NCBI GenBank assembly: GCA_902530985.1
Contig: CACACI010000002.1
Span: 18,461 to 82,460, forward strand
Direction: 5' to 3'
Origin: an uncultured Alphaproteobacteria bacterium
GTDB taxonomy: Bacteria; Pseudomonadota; Alphaproteobacteria; Methylaequorales; Methylaequoraceae
Length of the DNA: 64,000 bases
Below the pieces are notes generated by a model. That model was not told the origin of the DNA and did no database searches. It was given only the letters and a program-made list of their open reading frames with translations. Below are positions 29,123 to 37,859 of the stretch, in pieces (position 1 is the stretch's first letter; every line of letters starts with the position of its first letter). A program made the translations under genes and the position numbers.

Positions 29123-29542
29123 CTAAATCGAAGGTTTTATTTTAACCCATGAATCATACAAGGTCTTTGCAATCTCTTTTGAAGAATCTATAAACTTATA
29201 TTCTTGTTTTTCATAAACCATTTTCATTGCAAATCTGATATGCCTATAGAGTTCTCTAAAATTTTCACTTATTTTTTTTGTTTTTTCATTTTCAAAATCA
29301 AGCATATAATGAAGTCCGGATGCGATTCTATCAATTTTGTAAGCTAGTTGACTAGCTTTTGTAGTACCATTTTTATCCTTAGAATTTGTAGATAAATCCT
29401 CAAGATTATCAACAAGTCCTTTATATAACTTTAAAATAATATTATACTTTTCCTTTGAACTAAGTTTTTCGTTTTCTTTAATTTGATCAGTCTTTAAAAC
29501 TGTTTTAGTTTTTTCTGTTTTAATTTGATTTTCCATTTCCAT
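29123..29542 (-). CDS. FliS-like flagellar chaperone (paralog B)
   Basis: 139 aa. AYKIDRIASGLHYMLDFENE...FRELYRHIRFAM...IAKTLYDSWVKI parallels the E. coli FliS helices, including the terminal aW motif. Confidence 0.5.
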   Translation of the reverse strand: MEMENQIKTEKTKTVLKTDQIKENEKLSSKEKYNIILKLYKGLVDNLEDLSTNSKDKNGTTKASQLAYKIDRIASGLHYMLDFENEKTKKISENFRELYRHIRFAMKMVYEKQEYKFIDSSKEIAKTLYDSWVKIKPSI

Positions 29543-29581
29543 AACTCCTTTGATAATTTAAACGACATAATTAATAAATGT

Positions 29582-30346
29582 TTAGAGAATTAATAGTTTT
29601 TTATTTTCCTCTACTTCATTAGCTTTGGAAACCATAGCTATTGCATACTTCTGAATGAGTGTTTTTTTCATCAATTTAGCTGTTTCCAATGCAAAGTTCG
29701 TATCCATTAGCCTTGCAGCTGATTCTAACTCCTTGGATGCCAGTGCATTTGCTGTATTCTGATAACCACCAAGAGAACTAATATGTCCTGCTACATGTCC
29801 AAGAGAAGTCTGTATAGATCCAATTGCTGTATCCGCTGTTGTATTAGCATTAGTTGCATCAGTAATGTTAGTTGCAGCAATGCCAGCAGTAGTTTTGATG
29901 GTAGTTGTATTACCATCAACATCTTTAACCGTGTTAAATGTTTTTGCACTTGTACCTAGGATTGTTAAGGAGTGAAATTTTAAGGTCGATACAATATCGT
30001 CTATCGAGTCACTTACTGCTATTGCATCGGCATTTAAAGCAGCAGTATCAGATGCACTATTTGATGAATTTGTATCAGCAACGCCTATTTCTCTTAGTCT
30101 TGTTGCTAAGGAAGCTAATTCTATGAGTGCAGACTCTGTTACGTTTAATAAATCTAACCCAACACTAGTTGTAGAAACCACGCTTTTATTTGATTTTCCA
30201 TCAGCAGTAAGAGTTAATCCTTGAGCAAAGTCACCAGATGTACCTCCTGCTAAAATATTTAAACCAGTTGTAAGTCTAGATATCGATCTCCTGACTTTTT
30301 CTTCAGTTTGTCCTAATTTAATAGCTGGAAATAGTGCCAGTGACAT
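29582..30346 (-). CDS. divergent short flagellin-like protein (254 aa)
   Basis: Flagellin N-domain remnants (RLTTGLNI..., ESALIELASLATRLREIGV) and C-domain (LMDTNFALETAKLMKKTLIQKYAIAMVSKAN). Lacks the canonical DDAAG motif. Confidence 0.6.
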   Translation of the reverse strand: MSLALFPAIKLGQTEEKVRRSISRLTTGLNILAGGTSGDFAQGLTLTADGKSNKSVVSTTSVGLDLLNVTESALIELASLATRLREIGVADTNSSNSASDTAALNADAIAVSDSIDDIVSTLKFHSLTILGTSAKTFNTVKDVDGNTTTIKTTAGIAATNITDATNANTTADTAIGSIQTSLGHVAGHISSLGGYQNTANALASKELESAARLMDTNFALETAKLMKKTLIQKYAIAMVSKANEVEENKKLLIL

Positions 30347-30352
30347 TCATTA

Positions 30353-30748
30353 CTAACCAAAAGCCGGAGCTTTTTTAACAGCTAAACCAACTCTATCCCA
30401 TCCTTCAGTGATATCATCAAGAATCTGAATACAACCATCTAGAAAATCAAAATCTTTATTATCTCTTACTCTTACTACTGAAAAAAGACAATGTTTATAT
30501 AGATAATCCAGATCTTTAGAAATAGGTGTTGGTCGCTTTTTATCGATTGTATCTATTAGTAAATAAAGGTTTTTAATTGTATCTTCACATAGTTTAGTTG
30601 GATGAGTTTTATTTTTTTTTTCATCTTTCAAAACTTGGATTTGGTTCAACGTAATATTAATTATTTTTTTAATATTGTTAATTGCATTAAAAGTAGCCTC
30701 TTTATTATCAACTACGAAAATACCTTTAACTGTTTTTTCTCCATTCAT
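30353..30748 (-). CDS. fliS: flagellar export chaperone FliS (paralog C, in the canonical position after fliD)
   Basis: 131 aa. TIKNLYLLIDTIDKK...ISKDLDYLYKHCLFSV...ILDDITEGWDRV fits the FliS helix pattern. Immediately downstream of fliD. Confidence 0.6.
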   Translation of the reverse strand: MNGEKTVKGIFVVDNKEATFNAINNIKKIINITLNQIQVLKDEKKNKTHPTKLCEDTIKNLYLLIDTIDKKRPTPISKDLDYLYKHCLFSVVRVRDNKDFDFLDGCIQILDDITEGWDRVGLAVKKAPAFG

Positions 30749-30819
30749 CGTTACTGCTCCATTAATAATTGTACAGAATATATAACGACAAAATTATATT
30801 TATATTTAGTTTTTAATTA

Positions 30820-32487
30820 TTATTCGTTTCTTTTAAAAGCGTTCTCAAGAAGGTTGGAGGTTTCATTTAAGCCTGCAATAGCGCTTTCCATTGCAGAGTA
30901 TTGAGTTTCGTATCTAGAGTATAATGATGCAATCCTATCATTAAGGTTGTCTTGCTTTGTTGCAAGTTCACTTAAACGTTGTCTTGAACCAGCAAGCTTG
31001 CTCTCAATTAAACCATTAAACTTCAAAAATGTATCAAGTTTTTCCTGTAATTGAGTTATAAAACTTCTACCGTAATGAATTGTACCTGAGGTATTTGCAG
31101 AATTTATTGTTAATGCCATTCCATTTGGATCACCAGATGCTACAGTATAAGTTGTTCCAGACTTAGAGGTGGATACTCCTCCAACAGTTGCTGAGCCAGA
31201 GCTAACTGAAACAGCATAAGAACCTGGTGTTGTATCTGCTATACTATACCTTAATGGAATAATATTAGCATTATCACTTACGATTTGATCTTTAAAAAAA
31301 CTTCTTAAAGATTCAGCATTATTCTTGAATGATCTTTCCAACATGCTTGGGTCTGCAAAACTAAGAGTCCCATCTCTCAATGTTTTAACACCTAAATTGG
31401 ATAAATAATATGGCCCACCTTCATAACCGGCAATTGCAGATGAATTACTTTCTCTCATTTCAGACATAAGACTTCTAAGTAATGAATCTCCTGCCAACAA
31501 ACCCGATTCCTCATTATTTGGATCATCTTCTCTGTAGGACTGTAGAGATTTCATTACATCATTAAATGTTGTCACAAAATCTGTTATCGAAGTCCTTGCA
31601 GCTTCTAGATCAACTTCACTTTTAATTGTAATTGCAGAATCTGAAGTCGATAATAAATCAAGAGTCATTCCAGAATATAGATCATCTATATTGTTTGAAG
31701 ATCTTGTCATGCTGACACCATCAACTGTAAAACTTGAATTTGTGCCTGCTACTCTTTGTGTTAATTGAGCACCATCAGTTGTATCATATGCATATACTGG
31801 ACTTGAAGCATGATTATCAGTAATCTTCATTTCATTCGCTGCACCAAATTGACTTTTTAGAGATAACATATAATTAGAACCATCATAAAGAATCACTGCA
31901 GTAACATCTTGTTGACCATCATTATCAGAATCACTTGCCGCACTGTTAATCATATCTCTTAATTGTGCAAGAGTAGTTGATGAACTTGCTGTAACTGAAA
32001 CGGCATCCAAGGAATTAGCAGTATGTGACTGTCCTCCACCCTGTGTAGGATCTGCTGACCATGTTCCAAATGCAATATTTATTGTTCTTGCACCAACAGT
32101 AGTACTTGCCGAGGACAAAGATGGTCCTGTAAGAGTATGTGCTTTTGCCAGAGAAGTAACAGTTAAAGATGAATTCACTGATTGTGCAGCGCTATTACCG
32201 TTAGCTGAAAAAGTTGCAACAGTTTTGTCTGAAGTTGAACCTTGGTATCCAAGTGAATTATTTTTTTGAATTAATTCTAAGTTATCATTAAAAACTTTTA
32301 AATTACTTTTTATTTGAGAAAAAGCTGAAATTTGTGCTTTATAATCAGCCTCTTTATTTTCTAGTTGTTCTTTTGTTCCATCAGTTTCTGCTTTAACTAA
32401 AGCATCGATAAGTGCAGTAGTATCAATACCTGAACCAACGCCTAGTTTTGTTAAGATTTCAGGTTTATTATTAGCAACTGAGGTCAT
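30820..32487 (-). CDS. fliD: flagellar filament cap protein (HAP2)
   Basis: 555 aa. N-terminus LGVGSGIDTTALIDALVKAE...YKAQISAFSQIKSNL and a C-terminal coiled coil typical of FliD. Confidence 0.85.
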   Translation of the reverse strand: MTSVANNKPEILTKLGVGSGIDTTALIDALVKAETDGTKEQLENKEADYKAQISAFSQIKSNLKVFNDNLELIQKNNSLGYQGSTSDKTVATFSANGNSAAQSVNSSLTVTSLAKAHTLTGPSLSSASTTVGARTINIAFGTWSADPTQGGGQSHTANSLDAVSVTASSSTTLAQLRDMINSAASDSDNDGQQDVTAVILYDGSNYMLSLKSQFGAANEMKITDNHASSPVYAYDTTDGAQLTQRVAGTNSSFTVDGVSMTRSSNNIDDLYSGMTLDLLSTSDSAITIKSEVDLEAARTSITDFVTTFNDVMKSLQSYREDDPNNEESGLLAGDSLLRSLMSEMRESNSSAIAGYEGGPYYLSNLGVKTLRDGTLSFADPSMLERSFKNNAESLRSFFKDQIVSDNANIIPLRYSIADTTPGSYAVSVSSGSATVGGVSTSKSGTTYTVASGDPNGMALTINSANTSGTIHYGRSFITQLQEKLDTFLKFNGLIESKLAGSRQRLSELATKQDNLNDRIASLYSRYETQYSAMESAIAGLNETSNLLENAFKRNE

Positions 32488-32517
32488 ATCATTTTAACGT
32501 CCTAAAAAGACATTAGT

Positions 32518-34077
32518 TTACTGGAATAAAATTAAAACATTTTGCATCGTTCTTGATGCTTGAGAAATCATATTCATTCCAGATTGTTGAAGAATTTGTG
32601 ATTTTGCTAGTCTAGCAGATTCTGCAGCAAAATTAGCATCTGTAATTCTTGCTCTCGATGTTTGTTGGTTAGTTGATACATTTGTTAGGTTATCAATTAC
32701 AACATTCATTCTACTCATAATTGCACCAAACTTTGCGCGTTCCATATGAACCCTATCAAGTGCTCTATCAATTACTTTTAAAGCATCAACAGCGCCTGCT
32801 ACAGTTCTTATATCAATTGCACCAACTTGATTTAAAGTTGCAGTACCTGGTGCAGCCTCATATAAACCACCACCAGCATTACCTGCAACGGTAAAAGTTT
32901 GTGATGAATGAAATGTTATTTGTCCTGTGAATCTTACCGAATCGAGGTTACCACTACTGTGGTTAGTATCTACAAGAGTAGTAATTTGCGTAGCTGCAGA
33001 ATCAGTTTGATCTTGAGACATTGCTGTTAATGTAAATTTTGTGTTTCCATTTGTAACAGTTGCAAAATCAACTGCTTCAATAATTAAATCCTCACCTTCA
33101 TCTTGTACCATTATAATATTAGATTTATCTGCACTCAATGTAGCCCTAACTCCTGTATTAGCAGTATAGGCATTAATTGCATCACGAAGGTTTGTCATAT
33201 CTGAATTTCCGACTGCTGCCGCAACATTAATTGTTGCAGAGATTGCCTGAGCAGATGTATTTTTACCGAATAAATTAAAAGATACTACATGATCTGTTGC
33301 AGCATCAGAACTATTAACTTGCATTTTAACGGTAGTAGTTGCAGTTGCACTTACACCAGTATTATCAAATTTAGCATTAACTAACTCAACAATATCTTTT
33401 GCTGAATTCCCAGCTTTCACGTCAATAGTTGTTTGTCCTACTAATCCAGTAATTGTTAGATCATCGCCATCTACCACTCTACTTGTAACAGAAGCATTTG
33501 CACCAACCACACCCTCAGATGCTAAGTTATTAGCTGTACCAGCCTCATCCATACTTGTTGAACTTTGATATGCACCTATTTTATCGACTCTCATATTTGC
33601 AACGGAGATAACTGCTTTTTCTCTTTCATGTGAACCGATTTGAAAACGTCTATCAGCAAAAGTACCATCTAGCACAGCAATTTCATTAAATGTGGTATCT
33701 CTTGCAACTCTATCCATTTCTTGAATTAATTGGTTAGCTTCCGTTTGTAGATAAATTCTTTGTTCTGCATTTAAAATATCAGTTGCAGCTTGGATTGATA
33801 ATTCTCTAATTCTTTGTAAAGCTTGTGAATGTTCATTGATTGCACTTTCTGCAACTTGTGCCATAGATAATACATCTGATGCATTTCTGATCGACATATC
33901 TAAAGCTCTAACCGTTGCCAACATTCTATCACTAATTGCTGCTCCGGCTGCATCATCTCCAGCATTATTAATTCTTTTACCTGAAGAGATTCTTTCCATT
34001 GCCTGAAGCATTTCTCGTTCAGTCTTTATAATATGCTTTAATGACGCGTGAGTATTTACTGTGCTAACGCTAACCAT
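32518..34077 (-). CDS. fliC: flagellin, long form (519 aa)
   Basis: N-domain SSGKRINNAGDDAAGAAISDRM...RNASD, C-domain ITDANFAAESARLAKSQILQQSGMNMISQA. AGGAG RBS. Confidence 0.9.
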   Translation of the reverse strand: MVSVSTVNTHASLKHIIKTEREMLQAMERISSGKRINNAGDDAAGAAISDRMLATVRALDMSIRNASDVLSMAQVAESAINEHSQALQRIRELSIQAATDILNAEQRIYLQTEANQLIQEMDRVARDTTFNEIAVLDGTFADRRFQIGSHEREKAVISVANMRVDKIGAYQSSTSMDEAGTANNLASEGVVGANASVTSRVVDGDDLTITGLVGQTTIDVKAGNSAKDIVELVNAKFDNTGVSATATTTVKMQVNSSDAATDHVVSFNLFGKNTSAQAISATINVAAAVGNSDMTNLRDAINAYTANTGVRATLSADKSNIIMVQDEGEDLIIEAVDFATVTNGNTKFTLTAMSQDQTDSAATQITTLVDTNHSSGNLDSVRFTGQITFHSSQTFTVAGNAGGGLYEAAPGTATLNQVGAIDIRTVAGAVDALKVIDRALDRVHMERAKFGAIMSRMNVVIDNLTNVSTNQQTSRARITDANFAAESARLAKSQILQQSGMNMISQASRTMQNVLILFQ

Positions 34078-34112
34078 TTATATTTCTCCTTAAATTTTTC
34101 ACATAGGTTATC

Positions 34113-34128
34113 TGCAAATAGAATGCCA
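34113..34128 (-). promoter_or_regulatory. sigma-54 -24/-12 promoter motif TGGCATTCTATTTGCA (minus strand) upstream of fliC
   Basis: GG-N10-GC with TTGCA. 35 nt lie between the motif and the fliC ATG at 34077. Confidence 0.75.
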
Positions 34129-34261
34129 AAATATTTATTTACCATATATTAAATAAAACCCCATCATATAGTTATTTTAGAGTAAAAATATTACAAAATG
34201 TAGTGTTAGATTTTTGACAAAAAAAAAGTTGGTTGAATGTAGATAATTTTAATCTTTTAAA

Positions 34262-34308
34262 GTATTAAAAAAAAAGATAAAGGAGGTTAAATTATTAACC
34301 TCCTTTAT
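34262..34308 (-). terminator. rho-independent terminator after the tandem short flagellin genes
   Basis: Perfect 14-bp stem ATAAAGGAGGTTAA / TTAACCTCCTTTAT (34277-34308) with a 4-nt loop, followed on the minus strand by a T-run (CTTTTTTTTT). Confidence 0.7.
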
Positions 34309-34328
34309 TTACAGATTGTCTTAGATTT

Positions 34329-35087
34329 TTATTGTAGAACTGCTAAAACCGCAGAACTTGCTTGGTTAGCTTGCGCAACCATAGCCATCGCTGATTGGTT
34401 CAAGATAGAAAATTTTGCTAAGTTCGCAGATGATCTTGCAAAATCTGTATCCTGAATACGAGCAGCAGCAGCTTCTGAGTTTGCAGAAAGTGCATACAAG
34501 TTACCTTGATGTCCTTTAAGAGCAGCTATACCAGCAGCCATAGAACCAAGAGCTTTTGCTATCTTACCCAATTGAGTGTCAGCATTAGCTCTACCAGCAG
34601 CCAAAGTAATACCAGCAGCAGCACCAAGTGTAGATAATCCACCATCAAGATCTGTTGTGAATGCCATAGCAGCAGTTAACATTGATACACCGTTAAGAGC
34701 GGAATTATCAATTGCATTACCAGCAGCTAGTATTGCATTCTCTTCAGCAGTGATAGCAGCTTCTTGGTTAGCATCTAGAAAATCAGCATTCAAATCTTGA
34801 ACAGCTAATTCTCTTAATCTAGTTGCTAAAGCAGCTATTTCTAAAAGCGCAGACTCACCCGCTTGCAAGAATGAAATACCATCCTCAACATTACGAGCAG
34901 CAGCCATAGCACTTCTACCTTCAGCTCTAAGAGTATGAGCAACAGAGGCACCAGCCGCGTCACCACCATACATAGACCTAACACCAGTAGATAAACGGGC
35001 AATCGCTTCGTTCATTCCGTGTCTTGCTTTTGCTGCAGCGTTTCCAGCTAGAAAAGCACCAACAGCAGCGTTACTTACAGATGTCAT
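34329..35087 (-). CDS. short flagellin (252 aa, Ala-rich)
   Basis: ARLSTGVRSMYGGDAAGASV...RNVEDGISFLQAGESALLEI...RLRELAVQ and C-terminal IQDTDFARSSANLAKFSILNQSAMAMVAQANQ. Confidence 0.8.
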   Translation of the reverse strand: MTSVSNAAVGAFLAGNAAAKARHGMNEAIARLSTGVRSMYGGDAAGASVAHTLRAEGRSAMAAARNVEDGISFLQAGESALLEIAALATRLRELAVQDLNADFLDANQEAAITAEENAILAAGNAIDNSALNGVSMLTAAMAFTTDLDGGLSTLGAAAGITLAAGRANADTQLGKIAKALGSMAAGIAALKGHQGNLYALSANSEAAAARIQDTDFARSSANLAKFSILNQSAMAMVAQANQASSAVLAVLQ

Positions 35088-35106
35088 AATTTTTTCTCCT
35101 TATGAT

Positions 35107-35862
35107 TTAGTTTAGTAAAGTTAATATATTAGCCATAGCTTGGTTTGCTTGCGCAACCATCGCTAAAGCAGATTGGTTTAGGATATTGCTTTGAGCTAAG
35201 TTCGTAGCTTCCTTAGCAAAATCAGTATCCTGAATTCTTGAAGCAGCAGAGCGTGCGTTGGCAGTTAATGAGTACATATTACTTTGATGCCCTTTTAACG
35301 CATTTATTCCCGCGGCCACTTGCCCCAAAGACGTTGATATAGTTCCCATTGCTGTATCAGCATTACTAACACCACTTTGAATGTTCGGTTTTTTTACCGC
35401 TCCAAGTTGTGAAAGTGTTCCTTTATTATTGATGGCAACTAAAAAAGTTGAAAGTAAATCTTTGTTATTTAATTTTGTATTACTAATTTTTTGTGCAGCT
35501 GAAACAATTTCATTCTCTTCAGATGTAATTGCTGCCTCTTGTTCAGGTGATAGAAAGTCAGCATTTAATTTTTGAACACCAAGCTCTCTTAATCTTGTAT
35601 TTAAAGTCGCTAATTCTAATAAAACAGCTTCTGTTGCTTGAAGAAAAGAAATTCCATCCTCAGCATTTCTTGCTGCAACATTAGCACTTCTAGCTTGAGT
35701 GGTTATATTACTTGCAACTGCTTGCCCAGCAGGGTCATAACCATTAAGTGTTCTAATTCCTGTTGAAAGACGACCCATTGATGCTGTCAATGTTCTTCTT
35801 GCTTTCGCAGAGGCGTTAACTGCATAAACGGCTCCATTTGTGTATGTCGAAAGTGATGGCAT
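35107..35862 (-). CDS. short flagellin (251 aa), tandem paralog of 34329-35087
   Basis: Same N- and C-domain motifs (GRLSTGIRTLNGYDPAGQAV..., IQDTDFAKEATNLAQSNILNQSALAMVAQANQ). GGAG RBS. Confidence 0.8.
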   Translation of the reverse strand: MPSLSTYTNGAVYAVNASAKARRTLTASMGRLSTGIRTLNGYDPAGQAVASNITTQARSANVAARNAEDGISFLQATEAVLLELATLNTRLRELGVQKLNADFLSPEQEAAITSEENEIVSAAQKISNTKLNNKDLLSTFLVAINNKGTLSQLGAVKKPNIQSGVSNADTAMGTISTSLGQVAAGINALKGHQSNMYSLTANARSAASRIQDTDFAKEATNLAQSNILNQSALAMVAQANQAMANILTLLN

Positions 35863-36032
35863 AATTAATTCTCCTATTTCTTTCCATTAAACTGCAATCT
35901 ATTAATCTAATAAATTGTCATATAAACAAACGACTTCTGTCAGATTTGTTAAGTTTTTAAACTAATTATTTAGTTTTTAATTGAATTATTGAGTTTTTTT
36001 GTATAATTAAATTTAATTAAGATAATTTAATC

Positions 36033-36539
36033 ATGGTAGATAAAATTGATAAGCTATTTTGTCCGGACTTTGTTTATAATATATGTGTGGGCTTAACTGT
36101 TAAAGACTTTCTAGTCAGACAGATGTCACTAGAAATGGTTTCTAAAAATTATTCAGACGCAATATCAACTCATTATAAAAATGTTGAAGAAATAGAAATG
36201 GCAGCTCCAGCAGAAGAAATTTTAAGATTCTTGTCAGAACGAAAAAACCCAATGTTTGAAGCTCATGAATTAGCAATAAATTATGTTTATTGGAAATTTA
36301 AATATGATGGTAGAAGTGAAAGAAAGATCAAAGGTATTTTTAAAAACTCTTTAAAAGGTGACAAGGAAAGAAAATATAACAGTAACAAAGCTGTAACAGA
36401 TTTTAAAGCATACTCTTTCTCATTAAGGTCAGGTCATTTTGAAAGAGCACCAGCAGGTTGGGATATTGCTAAAGAAGAAGATCTTCATGAACTTGGAGAG
36501 ATTGTAAAAAAAGAGCCTAATATTGATGACTTTATTTAG
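36033..36539 (+). CDS. hypothetical protein, the only credible plus-strand gene inside the flagellar locus
   Basis: 168-aa ORF that abuts the flgL stop. No motif recognised. Confidence 0.4.
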   Translation: MVDKIDKLFCPDFVYNICVGLTVKDFLVRQMSLEMVSKNYSDAISTHYKNVEEIEMAAPAEEILRFLSERKNPMFEAHELAINYVYWKFKYDGRSERKIKGIFKNSLKGDKERKYNSNKAVTDFKAYSFSLRSGHFERAPAGWDIAKEEDLHELGEIVKKEPNIDDFI

Positions 36540-37820
36540 TTAACTAATAAAATCAAATAAATTTAGTTTTGCAATATTTATAAATGCCTTTTGTGATGCT
36601 TCTTGACTTGTTAGTTGAGATTGAAGACTTGTTACGAGACTAGCTAAATCAGCATCTTGTAATTGACTTACATCTTGACTGATTAGAATTTTACGTTCCT
36701 CTAACACGTCTCTTAATCTTTCAGAACTATTCATCCTAGCCCCAACTTTTGCTCTTTGATTTGATACGTGACTTTGAATTGTTACAATTTCATCAAGTCG
36801 ACTAGCAATAGTTTGATCTTTATCATATATGGTTTGCATGTTAGAAAGATTATTCCCTGCTGCATCCACAGCTCGAAATGAGAAAAAAGAAGTTGGAGTG
36901 ATTTGTGCTTTATCAATACCAGTAATTTGCAAGTTTCCAAAATCAATATCGTGTCCAAAAGTATTCACTAGTTTTAGTGTTTTATTTGAATCCTCCAAAG
37001 TAGCGGTTATATCTAAGTTTGCAGAATTAATTGCCGATGCTACATCACTAAGGTCATCACCAGTTATATCCAAAGAGAAATCGTTAGATTTTTCACCTGA
37101 TTTAATTGTAAATGCATATGTTCCAGGATCAGCATTGGTAAGTGTAATTTTCGCAATTCCTTCAGCTTTTGCCTCCTCTACACCACCAGCAGCTGTTCTA
37201 ATAGATCTACTTATATTATCAATAGCTGCAAATAGATCTGTAGAAACACCTTCCGATGTAACAATATCTTGAAAAACTGTACTACCATCAATTGAAGTTT
37301 CAACTAACCGTGATTCTGTTACTTGTAAATTTAAAACTCCTCTATCCCCTTTATACTCAACCATCCCATTTGCATCCATTTTAAAAGGACTTGTTTTTGT
37401 TTTATAACCAGCATAAATGAAAGTACCCGTTGAATCTTGAGTATTAGCTAATGTCATCAATTCACTTTTCATTTCATCAAACTCTATAGCAATTGCTTCA
37501 CGATCCATTACACCATATATGTCATTAGCTGCCTGAATAGAAAGTTCTTTTGCTCTTATAAAAACATTATTAATAGATTCCATTGTTGCATCCATTAAAT
37601 GAAGTCTATCTAGAGCAATATTAGAATTTTCAATAAATCTATTAACTTTGCTTAGATTATCTTTCATTCCTGATAATTGAACTGCACCAACTGGATCATC
37701 AGATGCAAAAATTATATTTTTTCCCGATGAAATTTTATCCTGAATCTTCTGGATATTTTCCATATTTTTGGAAAATTGACTAAGTTGTTGTTCGCTAAAG
37801 AGTTTATTACTAATTTTCAT
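36540..37820 (-). CDS. flgL: flagellar hook-filament junction protein (HAP3)
   Basis: 426 aa. SSGKNIIFASDDPVGA...AKELSIQAAND N-domain and a flagellin-type C-terminal helix. Confidence 0.85.
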   Translation of the reverse strand: MKISNKLFSEQQLSQFSKNMENIQKIQDKISSGKNIIFASDDPVGAVQLSGMKDNLSKVNRFIENSNIALDRLHLMDATMESINNVFIRAKELSIQAANDIYGVMDREAIAIEFDEMKSELMTLANTQDSTGTFIYAGYKTKTSPFKMDANGMVEYKGDRGVLNLQVTESRLVETSIDGSTVFQDIVTSEGVSTDLFAAIDNISRSIRTAAGGVEEAKAEGIAKITLTNADPGTYAFTIKSGEKSNDFSLDITGDDLSDVASAINSANLDITATLEDSNKTLKLVNTFGHDIDFGNLQITGIDKAQITPTSFFSFRAVDAAGNNLSNMQTIYDKDQTIASRLDEIVTIQSHVSNQRAKVGARMNSSERLRDVLEERKILISQDVSQLQDADLASLVTSLQSQLTSQEASQKAFINIAKLNLFDFIS

Positions 37821-37831
37821 GGTAGTAATGT

Positions 37832-37847
37832 AGCAATATTCATGCCT
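37832..37847 (-). promoter_or_regulatory. sigma-54-like motif AGGCATGAATATTGCT (minus strand) in the flgK-flgL spacer
   Basis: Invariant GG-N10-GC and TTGCT are retained, and the first T is replaced by A. Exactly 11 nt to the flgL ATG. Confidence 0.5.
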
Positions 37848-37859
37848 TTACTTAAAAAT

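Noticed and set aside
34329-35087. Locally elevated G+C in the short flagellin gene (about 43% in a stretch I counted by hand, against about 30% background), which could suggest horizontal transfer.
   Set aside because: The excess comes from very high Ala and Gly content (GCN and GGN codons), while third positions stay A/T-biased like the rest of the window. This is driven by protein composition and is not evidence of foreign origin.
35863-36032. Search for sigma-54 or sigma-28 promoters upstream of the tandem short flagellins. A TTGCA is present at about 35893-35897 (minus strand).
   Set aside because: No GG lies 10 nt upstream of the GC, and there is no TAAA-N15-GCCGATAA-like motif. No promoter is called here.
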